Shown in pieces: positions 51,499 through 61,759 of a stretch of 64,000 nucleotides of DNA. The notes beneath the pieces were generated by a model. The model made no database searches and was not told the origin of the DNA. It was given only the letters and a program-made list of their open reading frames with translations. How positions within the stretch are numbered: position 1 is the stretch's first letter; each line of letters begins with the position of its first letter. Origin of the DNA: Trueperaceae bacterium (GTDB lineage: Bacteria; Deinococcota; Deinococci; Deinococcales; Trueperaceae); assembly GCA_965214405.1 (NCBI GenBank), contig OZ243956.1:2080001-2144000 (forward strand), read 5' to 3'. Both the position numbers and the translations under genes were made by a program.

Positions 51499-52236
51499 AT
51501 GATTGCTCTAAGCCTAACCATCCTCATCGCCTCAGCCAGCGCGCTGCTGACGTTCGTGTGGCCTCACTCGCTTTTGGCGTCCTTGCTGGCCGTGCCCGCC
51601 GTTTTAATCTTGCCGGGTTACGCCCTGACCAGCGTGGTGTTGCGAAGAAAAAGCTTTGGGTGGATAGAACGCGCCGCGGCGAGCGTGGCGCTGAGTTTCG
51701 CCCTCGTCGTCATCATGGGCGTCGCGCTCAACCTCACCCCGTGGGGACTCCGGGCGTCGTCCTGGGCGCTGCTCCTCAACGGCGTGACCGTCGTGACGGC
51801 TGGCTTTTCTCTTTCTTATAGACGAGACCAACTGCCTGAAATGCACCTGCCCGCGCTTTCAGCCAAAGCCGCAGTGGTTCTCACCATCATGACGGCGCTG
51901 AGCTTGCTGTCGTTTCGCGTCGCCGCTCCAAACGACGCCGTTCGGGAGGGCGGCTTTACCGAACTCTGGGTGACGCATAACGCGCCCGGCCCCGTGACTG
52001 TTGGCGTGGACAACCAGGAGAGCGAACCTCAGACGTACAGGCTGAGCGTCCGCGAAGGAAACCGGCTCATCAAAGAGTGGCCGGTCCTCGCGCTGTCAGC
52101 GCAGGAAACCTGGACGACCGACTTGCCCGGCGTAGATTACGCGTCACTGCAAGTTCTCCTCTACCGCTCGGACGCGCCGAGCACCGTTTACAGAGAAGTC
52201 TCAATGACCAAAGGGGATGATGTTGCGCACGATTAG
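51499..52236 (+). CDS. DUF1616-like membrane protein
   Basis: LPGYAL, ER...S.ALS, LNLTPWG, FTEL, N.E....Y and YRE motifs. Confidence 0.75.
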   Translation: MIALSLTILIASASALLTFVWPHSLLASLLAVPAVLILPGYALTSVVLRRKSFGWIERAAASVALSFALVVIMGVALNLTPWGLRASSWALLLNGVTVVTAGFSLSYRRDQLPEMHLPALSAKAAVVLTIMTALSLLSFRVAAPNDAVREGGFTELWVTHNAPGPVTVGVDNQESEPQTYRLSVREGNRLIKEWPVLALSAQETWTTDLPGVDYASLQVLLYRSDAPSTVYREVSMTKGDDVAHD

Positions 52237-53173
52237 CCCGAAAGAACTGCTTTTTCTCCTTACCGCGAGTCTCCTTTTCGTCTTGACGCTCGTTCAGGGG
52301 AGCGTGACCGCCGAGAGGGTGGCGCTGGGGGTCCGGCTGCTAGAAGCCCCCGGCAACCCTCGGCAAATAGACGAGTTCGCCGATTTGGTCGGCAAGTCCC
52401 CGGCCATCATCATGTGGTATAAGGGCTGGACCAACGCTAAAGAAGACAGGTTTAACGCCGAAGAGATGGACGCGGTGCGCGGGCGCGGCGCAGCGCCGCT
52501 CATCACCTGGGAACCGTGGGCGGGGCCGGACGAGGACGAGTCAGCCTTCGCGCTCAGGACGATTGTTAACGGCGACCACGACGCGTTTCTCCGCGAGTGG
52601 GCCGAGAGCGCCGCGCGCTGGGGCAAGCCCTTCTATTTGAGGTTCGCGCACGAGATGAACGGCGACTGGTATCCGTGGTCACCCCGTGTCAACGGCAACT
52701 CGAGCGAAGAGTACGTGGCGGCGTGGCGTCACGTCGTCACCATCTTTAGAGACGCGGGCGCGGACAACGTCTTGTGGGTCTGGTCGCCCAACATCATCTA
52801 TCCGGAAGCCGGGGTTACTTATCAAGAGGTCTATCCGGGTGACGACTACGTCGATTGGCTGGGTCTCGACGGGTATAACTGGGGCGGGGACGACTGGATG
52901 AGTTTTAGAGAGGTTTTTTCAGACTCCTACGACGCCATCACGCAGCTCAGCCAAAAGCCTCTGATGATCGCGGAAACGGCGTCGGCGGAGGCGGGGGGCG
53001 ACAAGGCGTCGTGGATTGTGGAGGGGCTGCTCGAGGACGTCCCAGAACGTTTTCCACGCGTCAAGGCCGTCGTGTGGTTTAACCGCGACAAAGAAACGGA
53101 CTGGCGCGTGGAGTCCTCAAAAGAATCTTTGGAGGCCTTTCGCAAGGTTGCCGCCTCCCCGCTTTACCAGTAA
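52217..53173 (+). CDS. GH26 glycoside hydrolase
   Basis: ITWEPW, RFAHEMNGDWYPW, YPGDDYVDW.G.DGYN and KP.MIAE motifs. Confidence 0.88.
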   Translation: MMLRTISPKELLFLLTASLLFVLTLVQGSVTAERVALGVRLLEAPGNPRQIDEFADLVGKSPAIIMWYKGWTNAKEDRFNAEEMDAVRGRGAAPLITWEPWAGPDEDESAFALRTIVNGDHDAFLREWAESAARWGKPFYLRFAHEMNGDWYPWSPRVNGNSSEEYVAAWRHVVTIFRDAGADNVLWVWSPNIIYPEAGVTYQEVYPGDDYVDWLGLDGYNWGGDDWMSFREVFSDSYDAITQLSQKPLMIAETASAEAGGDKASWIVEGLLEDVPERFPRVKAVVWFNRDKETDWRVESSKESLEAFRKVAASPLYQ

Positions 53174-53197
53174 CTGTGAGGGTGAAAGGCGCTTCTC

Positions 53198-54502
53198 ATG
53201 CGTGAAAAGCTAGACGTCTGGCTGCGGGCCAACCTCACGATTTTGAGCAATACGAGCTCCCTGATTGGCTCGACCGTCGTCACCTCGGGCTTGGGGTTTG
53301 TCTACTGGTGGGCGGCGGCGCGCCTCTTTCCGCAAGAGTCGGTGGGCTTAGCGTCCGCGGGCGTTTCCGCCATGATGCTTTTGGGTGCGGTGAGCGTATT
53401 GGGGTTGGGCACGCTGCTCATTACCGAGCTTCCCAGGCAGCCCCAGTTAGCCGGTTCTCTCATTTCCGCCTCGCTCCTCACCGTGGGGGCCGTGGCGACG
53501 GGGCTGGGCTTTGCGTTTACGCTTTTGGCTCCCCTGATTTCTCCCGAGCTCTCGCCGTTCTCGCACAGTTTTTTTGGCGCGGCGACCTACGCCGTAGGCG
53601 TTGGGGTCACGGCGGTGACGCTTGTCCTCGACAACGCGCTGATTGGGCTCTTGCTGGGCGGGCTCCAGTTCTGGCGCAACCTGGCGTTCGCCGTGCTCAA
53701 GCTCGCCGTCTTGGTCGGCATCGGCTTCCTGAGCGCGAGAACCGGCGTCGGCATCTACGCGTCGTGGGTCGCTGGGAACGTGGCGTCATTGCTCGTGCTC
53801 GCCGTGCTTGTGGGGGCGACCGGCCACCGCCTGCTGCACCCGCCGCGGTGGCGGGTCCTTGGCCGCCTGGGCGTGCCCGCGCTCAAGCACCACGCGCTCA
53901 ACTTGGCGGTGCAGGCCCCCTCGCTCGCGCTGCCCCTGCTCGTCGTCGCCATTTTGTCAACGGACAAGAACGCGAGCTTTTACACCGCGTGGCTGCTGGT
54001 GAGTTTCTCGTTTATGATCCCGAGTCACCTCTCGAGGGTCTTACACGCCGTAAGCGCCGCTGACGCGTCGGCGCTGGCGGGCAAGCTCCGCACCACCTTG
54101 CAGCTTTCTTTTTACGTAGGCGTTCTCAGTTGCCTTTTTTTCCTCCTCACCGCCCATCCCCTGCTGAGCTTGTTTGGGGAAGGCTACGCGGACCAGGCCT
54201 CGAGCACCCTGCGCGTGCTCGCTCTAGGCATCTTCGCCAACACCATTAAGTCTCATTACATGACCATCGCCAGGGTGGAGGGCCGCATCACGGTCGCCGC
54301 GGTGGTGATGGCGGTGGCCGGAGTGCTGGAGATTGCGGCGGCGGCGGTCGGGGCGACGGTGGGAGGACTCATGGGCCTAAGCATCGGCCTCACGGCGGCG
54401 TTTTACGTTGAGGCCCTCTTTTTGCTGCCGACGGTGGCTCGAGCCGCCGACATCACGCTTTTTCGCGGTCCCAAAGTTCAGCCCGGTGACCAGAATGCCT
54501 GA
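53198..54502 (+). CDS. Polysaccharide flippase (Wzx/MOP-like)
   Basis: About 12 TM segments; LGFVYWW.AARLF and FG..YA patterns. Confidence 0.8.
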   Translation: MREKLDVWLRANLTILSNTSSLIGSTVVTSGLGFVYWWAAARLFPQESVGLASAGVSAMMLLGAVSVLGLGTLLITELPRQPQLAGSLISASLLTVGAVATGLGFAFTLLAPLISPELSPFSHSFFGAATYAVGVGVTAVTLVLDNALIGLLLGGLQFWRNLAFAVLKLAVLVGIGFLSARTGVGIYASWVAGNVASLLVLAVLVGATGHRLLHPPRWRVLGRLGVPALKHHALNLAVQAPSLALPLLVVAILSTDKNASFYTAWLLVSFSFMIPSHLSRVLHAVSAADASALAGKLRTTLQLSFYVGVLSCLFFLLTAHPLLSLFGEGYADQASSTLRVLALGIFANTIKSHYMTIARVEGRITVAAVVMAVAGVLEIAAAAVGATVGGLMGLSIGLTAAFYVEALFLLPTVARAADITLFRGPKVQPGDQNA

Positions 54503-54670
54503 CTGGCGCTCCGCCATGACGTTGACTCACGCATGATTTTCAGCAGCTTGTGTCGATTGCGGCGTGAGGAGCGCAAGAAGCTGATACGCTAAGGCGAGGC
54601 GATAAGTTTAGGTCAAGTTCAAGTCAGCGTCCTAAAAACCCCATCGGCACCCACATTAACAACAGAATGG

Positions 54671-56122
54671 ATGGGCAAAATGAAATACCTGCTAGTCACG
54701 GCGTTAGCCGCGTTCAGTATCGGTTTCGCTCAAGAGGCCGCCTGGCGTCTACAAGGCGACGCTTTTACATCTGCAGAAACCATCACAGAAACCTCCGCAG
54801 AAACCACTGTAGAAACCACTGTAGAAACCCCCGCAGAAATCATCATCCTCACGCCCGATGAGCCGAACAGCGGGGGCGCAGCCTGGTATTCTGAGAGGGT
54901 CAATTTAGCAGAGAACTTCTGGTTGTCTTTCTCGCTCTATTTTGGCACCAAAGATGCTGGCGGTGCCGACGGCGTAGCGTTCGTCCTGAGCCCTTCGCCC
55001 GACTACGGCGGCGAGACCGGGGGGACGTTGGGCTATCAGGGGACGGAACCCTTTGTGGCAGTAAGGTTTGATACGTATCGAGGAGACGACGGCGAAGATG
55101 CGGACGCGCTGAACGTGACCTCCCCCTCGGCGGTGGAAACGTGGGGTTTTTCCGCCCTCCCGCCCAATTTCGAAGACGGTCAGCAGCACCCCGTGGTGAT
55201 TGCCTGGAACGCGTATACGCGCCTCTTGTCGGTCTACTTCGGCGCGTCTACGCGCTCGAGACCAAACCTGCAAACTTACCTGCCGGTTGATACGTTTGGA
55301 GACGAGTCTAGCCTGACGTTCGGCCTCACCGGAGGAACCGGGGGAGCGTCGAATCTGCAATATTTTGTTCCAGGCGTCAACGTTGTCGGGGGCCGTCCCC
55401 GGGCCGCCCTTATGTCACAGACCCAAGACGCCCAAACCCGAAACACCCTACAGGACGATTGTCAGGTCGCCCTACCCGACCCCAACTTAGAAGCGGGTCT
55501 ACGTCAGGTCTTGTCCAAACCCGCCGAGCCCATCACCTGCGACGACATGGCGCGGCTCGAGTCGTTCTCGTTCCCTAACGCGGGTATCAGAAGCGTCGAA
55601 GGGCTCCAGTATGCGACGAACCTGCGCACGCTCGAGCTGGACGGCAACCAGATAGACGACCTCACGCCGCTCGAGGGCCTTACCGCGCTCAGCACGCTCA
55701 ACCTAAACGCCAACTGGATTAGCGACCTAGCGCCGCTCGCCGGGTTGACAAACTTGCAAAGCTTGGGGCTCGCGCGAAACTATACGATTGGTGTTTTGGA
55801 ACCCCTCGCCGGGTTGGCGAAGCTGCAAACTTTGAGCCTTTCCGAAAACTCCGTAATGGACGTGTCCCCGCTCGAGTCCCTTGTTAACCTGACGTTCCTC
55901 GACTTGTCACGCAATACAATAAACAGCTTCGCGCCTCTCGTCGGCAACGCCGGTTTGGGAGAAAACGACCTCTTGCTGCTCGGTCACAACTGCTTTGCCC
56001 CCACGGGTTCAGAAGCAAATGTGCTGGACGCGCTGACAGGGCGGACCAACATTCAGTACGAGCCGCAAACACCTGACGACTGCGCGTCGCCGGACTGGAT
56101 TTCAAGAACGCCGGAGGGGTGA
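54671..56122 (+). CDS. Secreted L-type lectin + internalin-like LRR protein
   Basis: Signal peptide; GADG.AFV, VRFDT and GLTGGTGG lectin motifs; D.NLE cap followed by 22-aa LRRs. Confidence 0.82.
   Translation: MGKMKYLLVTALAAFSIGFAQEAAWRLQGDAFTSAETITETSAETTVETTVETPAEIIILTPDEPNSGGAAWYSERVNLAENFWLSFSLYFGTKDAGGADGVAFVLSPSPDYGGETGGTLGYQGTEPFVAVRFDTYRGDDGEDADALNVTSPSAVETWGFSALPPNFEDGQQHPVVIAWNAYTRLLSVYFGASTRSRPNLQTYLPVDTFGDESSLTFGLTGGTGGASNLQYFVPGVNVVGGRPRAALMSQTQDAQTRNTLQDDCQVALPDPNLEAGLRQVLSKPAEPITCDDMARLESFSFPNAGIRSVEGLQYATNLRTLELDGNQIDDLTPLEGLTALSTLNLNANWISDLAPLAGLTNLQSLGLARNYTIGVLEPLAGLAKLQTLSLSENSVMDVSPLESLVNLTFLDLSRNTINSFAPLVGNAGLGENDLLLLGHNCFAPTGSEANVLDALTGRTNIQYEPQTPDDCASPDWISRTPEG
54767..54838 (+). 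repeat. Six imperfect 12-bp tandem units encoding TxxE
   Basis: ACATCTGCAGAA ACCATCACAGAA ACCTCCGCAGAA ACCACTGTAGAA ACCACTGTAGAA ACCCCCGCAGAA. Confidence 0.85.
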
Positions 56123-56246
56123 ACTATTCTCGAGCGAAAAGTTCATGTTAACCACCTGCCAATTTCGTTTGAAGCGGGAACAGAGGCTAAACCTGTTCCC
56201 GCCTTCTTTACGTTTGGCTGAGCCAGGATAGCGCGTGAATCGACCG

Positions 56247-58136
56247 TTACCTTCCGGCGGATTGCGACTCCTCGAGCACGTACAACCCGCCGTTCCTGTC
56301 CGACGCATAGATGTAGGGGCTGCCGGGTTCTTTGTAAATGCCCCAGATTTCCTGAATGCCGCCGTTAGCCGCCTCAAACGCTTCCCCGGCACCGTGGTAA
56401 CGCGCCACCTCGACGGGGTTGTAAGGGTCGGAGATATCCACCACCAGCACGCCCTCGGCGTACCAGGAGACGTAAGCTTTGTTGCCGTCGACGATGACGT
56501 TGTGCGACGAATAGACGCCGCGCGGGTCGCAGCTTGGGTCGTTGGGATGCGCGCTGCACAGGGTGTTAAAGGTGCTCGCCAAGACGGGCTTGGCGGGGTC
56601 GGAAAAGTCCCAGATGCGCAGCCCGCTCCAGCCGTCCACTTCGGCCCCGACGCTTACCTTTTGGCCGGGGGTGCCGGGCGTGAGCGCTCCCTCGTCCTCG
56701 ACTCCGGCGATGGCGAGTCCTGTGGTGTGGCCCACAAGTACACCCGGAATGCGTAATCCCGACGCGCCGCCCATCGGGCTGAGCGCGTCGCCCTGCGCTG
56801 CGTCGTTAAAGACAATCATGCCCGCGTAACCCGCCGCGACCACGTTCTCGCCTTTTTGCGTAAAAGTACAGGCCCCACGCGTCACGAGAGCGATTTTATC
56901 GTCAGTTACGACCTCGGGAAGCGTGGTGGAAAGCGCGCCGCAGGCGTCGCCGACGTAGACCGTCCCGCCCGCCATACGTCCCTCCGGCTGGCTGGATAAG
57001 GGCGCGGTGAAGTTTCCTTCGGTCGCGCCGTAAACGCCCGCGTTAGGGCCTTCGGTGATGCGAAAAACGGTGCCGTAGGGGGAGAAATCCTCTTCGCCCT
57101 CGACCACCACGCGCCCGTCGGCGGTGGGCCAGACCGAGTGGGAGTTGACCTCGCCATCTTCGCTCGTGGGCTCGAGCGCCACCGACACGACTTTGGGATT
57201 CGCAAGGTCGCTTAGGTCCAGCGTGATGAGCCCCGCGTCCCAATGCGCCAGGTACACGGTCTTACCGTCCGGCGTCACGGTGTGGTCATGCAGGATGCGG
57301 TTCGCCATCGCACCATAACCGGAGAACATATAATTTTGAGCCGCTTCTAAAAGCTCCGGGTCAGCCTCGGTTTCCCAATCCACCTCCGGCCATTCCAAAC
57401 GCTCAGGACCGAACCAGCCCACGCGCGTGACGTTCTGCGAGTCGGTGATGTCGAAAATCTGAAAGTTACCCAGCGTGGTCGAAACCTGCGCCGCAGCGTA
57501 GTCGTGACCGTCCCTGGAAAAGAGGAAAAGGTTGTGGACGCCTTCGTCCGTATCACCGGAGTCGCGTAAGGAGGCGTTGACAGAATCCGTTTGAACGTGC
57601 GCCAAGTGAACGGGCTCGCGGGGGTCGTCCACATTGTAAATCTCAAAACCGCCCGACCCGCGACCGCACCGCTCGTTTGAATGCACGAGGACGTCGCCCT
57701 GAACGCCCGACATCACCTTGATATCGTTGACGCGGCTACCCGCGACCGACGGGAGCGAGCCCACCGCGCGCACCCGCGTGGGAAGACGCGCGTCAAAGAT
57801 GCGCACCCCGGCCTCGTCGCGTTCGCCCGTGCCGCAAGGCGTATTGAAGGTGCCCAGATAGGCGTAACCTCTATGCACCCACACGTCGGTGGTCGCGCCC
57901 GCTAAACGCCGCGCGCCGCGGCCTACGGGCTCGAGCACCCCCCCGCCCACCGGACCCTCGCTCACCACGCCAAAGGTCACCGCAGGATTCACGACGAAAC
58001 TGCTCATATTGCCCAGCGCGTGCGCGAGCGCGTGCCCGCCCCTCAGCTTGTCGTGCGTGTCGTGGGCACCCGCAAAAGGGAGCGCCAACAGAGCCACAAG
58101 GGATACCGTGAAAAACCATCTTGTAAAATGTTTCAT
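56247..58136 (-). CDS. Secreted LVIVD-repeat beta-propeller protein with PA domain
   Basis: Signal peptide; G...VD.SDP..P repeats; IALVTRGACTF.K PA motif. Confidence 0.75.
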   Translation of the reverse strand: MKHFTRWFFTVSLVALLALPFAGAHDTHDKLRGGHALAHALGNMSSFVVNPAVTFGVVSEGPVGGGVLEPVGRGARRLAGATTDVWVHRGYAYLGTFNTPCGTGERDEAGVRIFDARLPTRVRAVGSLPSVAGSRVNDIKVMSGVQGDVLVHSNERCGRGSGGFEIYNVDDPREPVHLAHVQTDSVNASLRDSGDTDEGVHNLFLFSRDGHDYAAAQVSTTLGNFQIFDITDSQNVTRVGWFGPERLEWPEVDWETEADPELLEAAQNYMFSGYGAMANRILHDHTVTPDGKTVYLAHWDAGLITLDLSDLANPKVVSVALEPTSEDGEVNSHSVWPTADGRVVVEGEEDFSPYGTVFRITEGPNAGVYGATEGNFTAPLSSQPEGRMAGGTVYVGDACGALSTTLPEVVTDDKIALVTRGACTFTQKGENVVAAGYAGMIVFNDAAQGDALSPMGGASGLRIPGVLVGHTTGLAIAGVEDEGALTPGTPGQKVSVGAEVDGWSGLRIWDFSDPAKPVLASTFNTLCSAHPNDPSCDPRGVYSSHNVIVDGNKAYVSWYAEGVLVVDISDPYNPVEVARYHGAGEAFEAANGGIQEIWGIYKEPGSPYIYASDRNGGLYVLEESQSAGR

Positions 58137-58192
58137 GTAACGTCATTGTAGCGGAAATTTTTACGTAACAACGTTCCTTGTCCTCACAGAGC

Positions 58193-59396
58193 CAGGGCTG
58201 ACGCATCTTAATCGGGGATGAGGCCCCTGAGGATGCGCGCACGAAAGGCGTCATCCCAAGCAGCCCTTTTGCGCTTGCCTTTGAGCGAGCCTTCAGAACC
58301 CTCTTGTCTAAGCAGGTTTAAGGCAAACTGTCTCAAGACGGACATGTTTTCCGCACCACGGCGGTCTGTATAGGAGTGAGCATCCTCAGCAAAAACAACG
58401 TCCAAGGTCCAATGCAGTTTGTTTTCGACCCCCCAATGAGCACGAACGGTTGCTAAGAGCTTTTCAGCATCAGCCTTAAAGCTGCACAAGTAGTAGCGCG
58501 CTTCTTTAGTGGTTTGGCCTTTGAGGGTACGTTTTGAAGTAACTTTGGCGACACTTTCCAGTCCAGGCCATTGATGAGCCTCTAGGTAAGCGAGTTCAGA
58601 TGAGTCGGCTAAGACGGTGCAGCGCCTAAGCTCGTCACGCCCGCGGCTACGCTCATGGGTCTCGAAGGAGTTGCTGAAAAGCTCAGCATCAACATTTTCA
58701 AACAGCCACACGACATCTTCATGGAGCTTGGGGTGGTTTTGTTTGAGCGCCATGATGTACTCGGCTTTATGTTCTTTGACTTTGACGGCGATAGCACGCT
58801 GCGTGTTAAGCGCGTCCACGCTCACGGTGCAGCCTGCTAAGCTAAGCAGCGACAGCGTGTCGAGCAAGTCTGGCATACAGCTAATCTCACTACTCTTGCC
58901 GTCTACTGCTGTTGATGTTAAACATAGACCGTGCGCGTGTGACCAAACGTTAAGCATGTGTACAGCCCTGACATGTTCGCTTACCGAACCGCGTAGCTGC
59001 TTGCCGTCAATCGCCAGCACATCCTCGGCGCTGAGGCGACCACCTATGGCTGCTCGCACCCAAGAGAGCGCGCAACTCTGGAACTGGGCAGGGTCCAGTA
59101 GCGAAAACACTCTGTCGAACGTGTCGTGTGAGGGGATGCCGTTCTTCAACTCAAGAAACCCCTCCAGCCACTCCCTTTTCGTCCCTCCAAACGTCTCTAT
59201 CTCATAAAAGCTATCCGCCCCCGCCAGCACCGCGCTTAATGCTACAGCCACGATGCTAACCAGCGAATGCTGTTTGCTCCTTTCTATTCTCGGATCCGGC
59301 AAGGCTGCAAAGTGCAAAACTGCTAAGCGTAACTGCTCCGTTGCTAGCTCTTCATCCATTCCAGAAGCTTAGCCCCTTTTTGATGCGTCAGCCCTG
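58193..59396 (-). mobile_element. ISAs1-family insertion sequence (1204 bp)
   Basis: 15-bp TIR CAGGGCTGACGCATC; 10-bp target duplication CTCACAGAGC at 58183-58192 and 59397-59406. Confidence 0.93.
58208..59359 (-). CDS. ISAs1-family transposase
   Basis: DPR, PSHDTF, IDGK, DA, LK.N and HW.VENKLHW.LDV.F.ED motifs. Confidence 0.94.
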   Translation of the reverse strand: MDEELATEQLRLAVLHFAALPDPRIERSKQHSLVSIVAVALSAVLAGADSFYEIETFGGTKREWLEGFLELKNGIPSHDTFDRVFSLLDPAQFQSCALSWVRAAIGGRLSAEDVLAIDGKQLRGSVSEHVRAVHMLNVWSHAHGLCLTSTAVDGKSSEISCMPDLLDTLSLLSLAGCTVSVDALNTQRAIAVKVKEHKAEYIMALKQNHPKLHEDVVWLFENVDAELFSNSFETHERSRGRDELRRCTVLADSSELAYLEAHQWPGLESVAKVTSKRTLKGQTTKEARYYLCSFKADAEKLLATVRAHWGVENKLHWTLDVVFAEDAHSYTDRRGAENMSVLRQFALNLLRQEGSEGSLKGKRKRAAWDDAFRARILRGLIPD

Positions 59397-59472
59397 CTCA
59401 CAGAGCGCCCGTTAAGCTTATAACCTCACCCGGACCTGGCAGAGCAGGCTGCAAGGCGGGGTAAACTCGGGC

Positions 59473-59811
59473 ATGAAAGCGCCTTTTAAGCCCCTCGAGG
59501 GCTGGTACGTTTACGTCTTGCGCTGCGCCGATAACACGCTCTATACGGGCATCACCACGGACGTAACGCGGCGTTTAGGTGAGCACAACCGGGGCGAGGG
59601 GGCCAAATACACGCGCTGCCGAACGCCGGTGACGCTTCTTTTTGTCGAGAAGGCTGAAGACCGCTCGAGCGCGTCGCGCCGCGAGCGGGACATCAAAAGG
59701 TTGACGAGACGGCGAAAGCTCGAGCTCGTCCGCGCCGCTTCATCCGTTGCCTCCTCAGGGTTTACCGAACATGTACCGGACACCTCAAGGCCGTCTGACG
59801 TGAAGCTGTGA
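59473..59811 (+). CDS. GIY-YIG nuclease family protein (UPF0213-like)
   Basis: YVYVLRCAD.TLYTGITTD..RR..EHN.G.GAKYTR. Confidence 0.9.
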   Translation: MKAPFKPLEGWYVYVLRCADNTLYTGITTDVTRRLGEHNRGEGAKYTRCRTPVTLLFVEKAEDRSSASRRERDIKRLTRRRKLELVRAASSVASSGFTEHVPDTSRPSDVKL

Positions 59812-60236
59812 ACAACACGTTATCCAGACTCTTCAACCGGAACGCGCACCGCCTCGTTCTGGGCTTAATTTTCGTCGGCGCGGGCGTCCTTCACTTTGTC
59901 GCGCCCGACTTCTACCTCAAGATTATGCCGCCTTTTCTGCCCGCGCCGCATTTTCTTGTGTTGGCGAGCGGGGGGCTCGAGCTTCTGGGCGGTCTGGGCC
60001 TGCTCACGCCCCTGCTGTTTCGCCCCGCCGCCGCAGGGCTGGCGCTCCTCTTGGTGTCGTTTTTTCCCGTTCACGTTTACATGCTCGTCAACCCCGCGGC
60101 GGTGAACGCCGGAAGCGTCTCGCCCCTCCTGCTGTGGCTGCGCTTGGGGTTTCAGTTCGTGCTGATTGCGTGGGTGCTGTGGTCGGCCGGGCTGCTGGGT
60201 GACGTAAGCAGAGGACCGAGGCGGCGCGAAAGTTGA
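59808..60236 (+). CDS. DoxX-like membrane protein
   Basis: AG.LHF..P....IMP, SG..E and FP.H.YM motifs. Confidence 0.8.
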   Translation: MNNTLSRLFNRNAHRLVLGLIFVGAGVLHFVAPDFYLKIMPPFLPAPHFLVLASGGLELLGGLGLLTPLLFRPAAAGLALLLVSFFPVHVYMLVNPAAVNAGSVSPLLLWLRLGFQFVLIAWVLWSAGLLGDVSRGPRRRES

Positions 60237-60303
60237 CGTTCTAGACATCCTGTAAACCTTTTGGTATTCGTTTTTGGACGGTAGACTGACGCATGGACAT
60301 TGT

Positions 60304-61074
60304 ATGAACACCGCGGTGCAGGACTTGGACCTCGTCACCGCTCCCAACTTAGAAGTTCCCCACGGCTTTACCACTCGAGCGGGCGGGGTGAGCGAGGGGG
60401 ATTTCTCTAGCCTCAACTTAGGGCTCAGCAGCGGTGACGCGCCCGAACGCGTGGCGGCGAACCGGGCGCGGGTGCTTGGCATGTTCGGCAAAACGCAGGG
60501 CCAGGTCTGCGCTTTTAACCAGATACACAGCGCCAGGGTCATCGAAGCCCGCCCCACCTGGTTCGAAGAGGACGCGGACGGCGCGGTTACAGACAATCCT
60601 AATCTCCTCCTCGTGGTCAGCGCGGCGGACTGCGCGCCGCTGCTTTTTCACGACCCCGTTCAGAACGCGGTGGGCGCGGCGCATAGCGGCTGGCGCGGGA
60701 CGGTGGCGGGCATCGCGCGGGAGGTGGTGGGGCGGATGGGGGAGCTTTACGGCTCTAAGCCCGCTAATGTCCGCGCCGCCATCGGTCCCTGCATCAGCGG
60801 CGAAAACTATCAGGTTGGCGAGGAAGTCGTTGAGGCTTTTCAAAACACTGGCTTTCCCGAACATATCTACCGACCAGACGACGAAGGACGCTTCCGCCTC
60901 GATTTGGTCGCCGCCAACCGCTGGCTTTTGCAGGAGGCGGGGCTTAACGAGGAACACGTTTGGGATTCGGGCCTCTGCACGGTTGCCGACCCGCGCTTCT
61001 TTTCCCACCGCCGCGACGCAGGAAGAACGGGGCGGGGCTGGGGCGTGATAAGTTCAGGACGTCTAGACTCATAA
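60304..61074 (+). CDS. pgeF: PgeF/YfiH (laccase-domain) protein
   Basis: HGFTTR.GG.S, Q.H, ADC.P, H.GWRG, IGPCI and FSHRR motifs. Confidence 0.9.
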   Translation: MNTAVQDLDLVTAPNLEVPHGFTTRAGGVSEGDFSSLNLGLSSGDAPERVAANRARVLGMFGKTQGQVCAFNQIHSARVIEARPTWFEEDADGAVTDNPNLLLVVSAADCAPLLFHDPVQNAVGAAHSGWRGTVAGIAREVVGRMGELYGSKPANVRAAIGPCISGENYQVGEEVVEAFQNTGFPEHIYRPDDEGRFRLDLVAANRWLLQEAGLNEEHVWDSGLCTVADPRFFSHRRDAGRTGRGWGVISSGRLDS

Positions 61075-61110
61075 CCTTTACCCGCTCACGCTTGCGTTAC
61101 ACTTGACGCT

Positions 61111-61743
61111 ATGCAAAAACTCCTGCAAACCATGCGCCGCCTCCGCGCACCTGACGGCTGTCCTTGGGACCGCGAGCAGACGCACGAGAGCCTGCGGCCC
61201 TACCTGCTCGAGGAGGCCGCCGAGGCCGCCGACGCGCTCCACGGCGACAACCCCGCCGAGATGGCCGACGAACTCGGCGACGTGCTCTTGCAGGTCGCCT
61301 TTCACGCGGTGATTGCTGAGGAAGCGGGAACGTTTTCTTACGAGGATATCGAGGGGGCCATTGTCGCTAAGCTCGAGCGCCGTCACCCGCACGTGTTTGG
61401 TGAGGTGCGTGTAGAGAACGCCGCGCAGGTGGTGGCGAATTGGCAAGCCATCAAGGCGACCGAGCGGGGTGAGAGAGCGCCCGCCGAAAGGGTGCCGCGG
61501 AGCCTGCCCGCCTTGATGCGTGCGTCGGAGTTGGGGCGGAAGCTCGAGTGGCCGGAAGGGTCCATTAAAGAAGTAGACGCGGCGCTTCATGCTGTGGGCG
61601 AGACGGAAAACTATACAGAAGGTGATGCGGCGGAGCGCGTTGGGCGCTTGCTTCTTACGGTGGCGGACTGGGCTCGAGCCCTGGGCGTCAATCCCGAACT
61701 CGCCCTGCGCGGCGCGGCGGACGCGCGGGCCAAGGGTCAATAG
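61111..61743 (+). CDS. MazG-family nucleoside triphosphate pyrophosphohydrolase
   Basis: [19 protein letters not shown] and RRHPHVF motifs. Confidence 0.9.
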   Translation: MQKLLQTMRRLRAPDGCPWDREQTHESLRPYLLEEAAEAADALHGDNPAEMADELGDVLLQVAFHAVIAEEAGTFSYEDIEGAIVAKLERRHPHVFGEVRVENAAQVVANWQAIKATERGERAPAERVPRSLPALMRASELGRKLEWPEGSIKEVDAALHAVGETENYTEGDAAERVGRLLLTVADWARALGVNPELALRGAADARAKGQ

Positions 61744-61759
61744 CATTAAGCCGCCTCCT

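Noticed and set aside
54767..54838. Tandem repeats considered as a CRISPR array
   Set aside because: In-frame 12-bp coding units without spacers; no cas genes in the window
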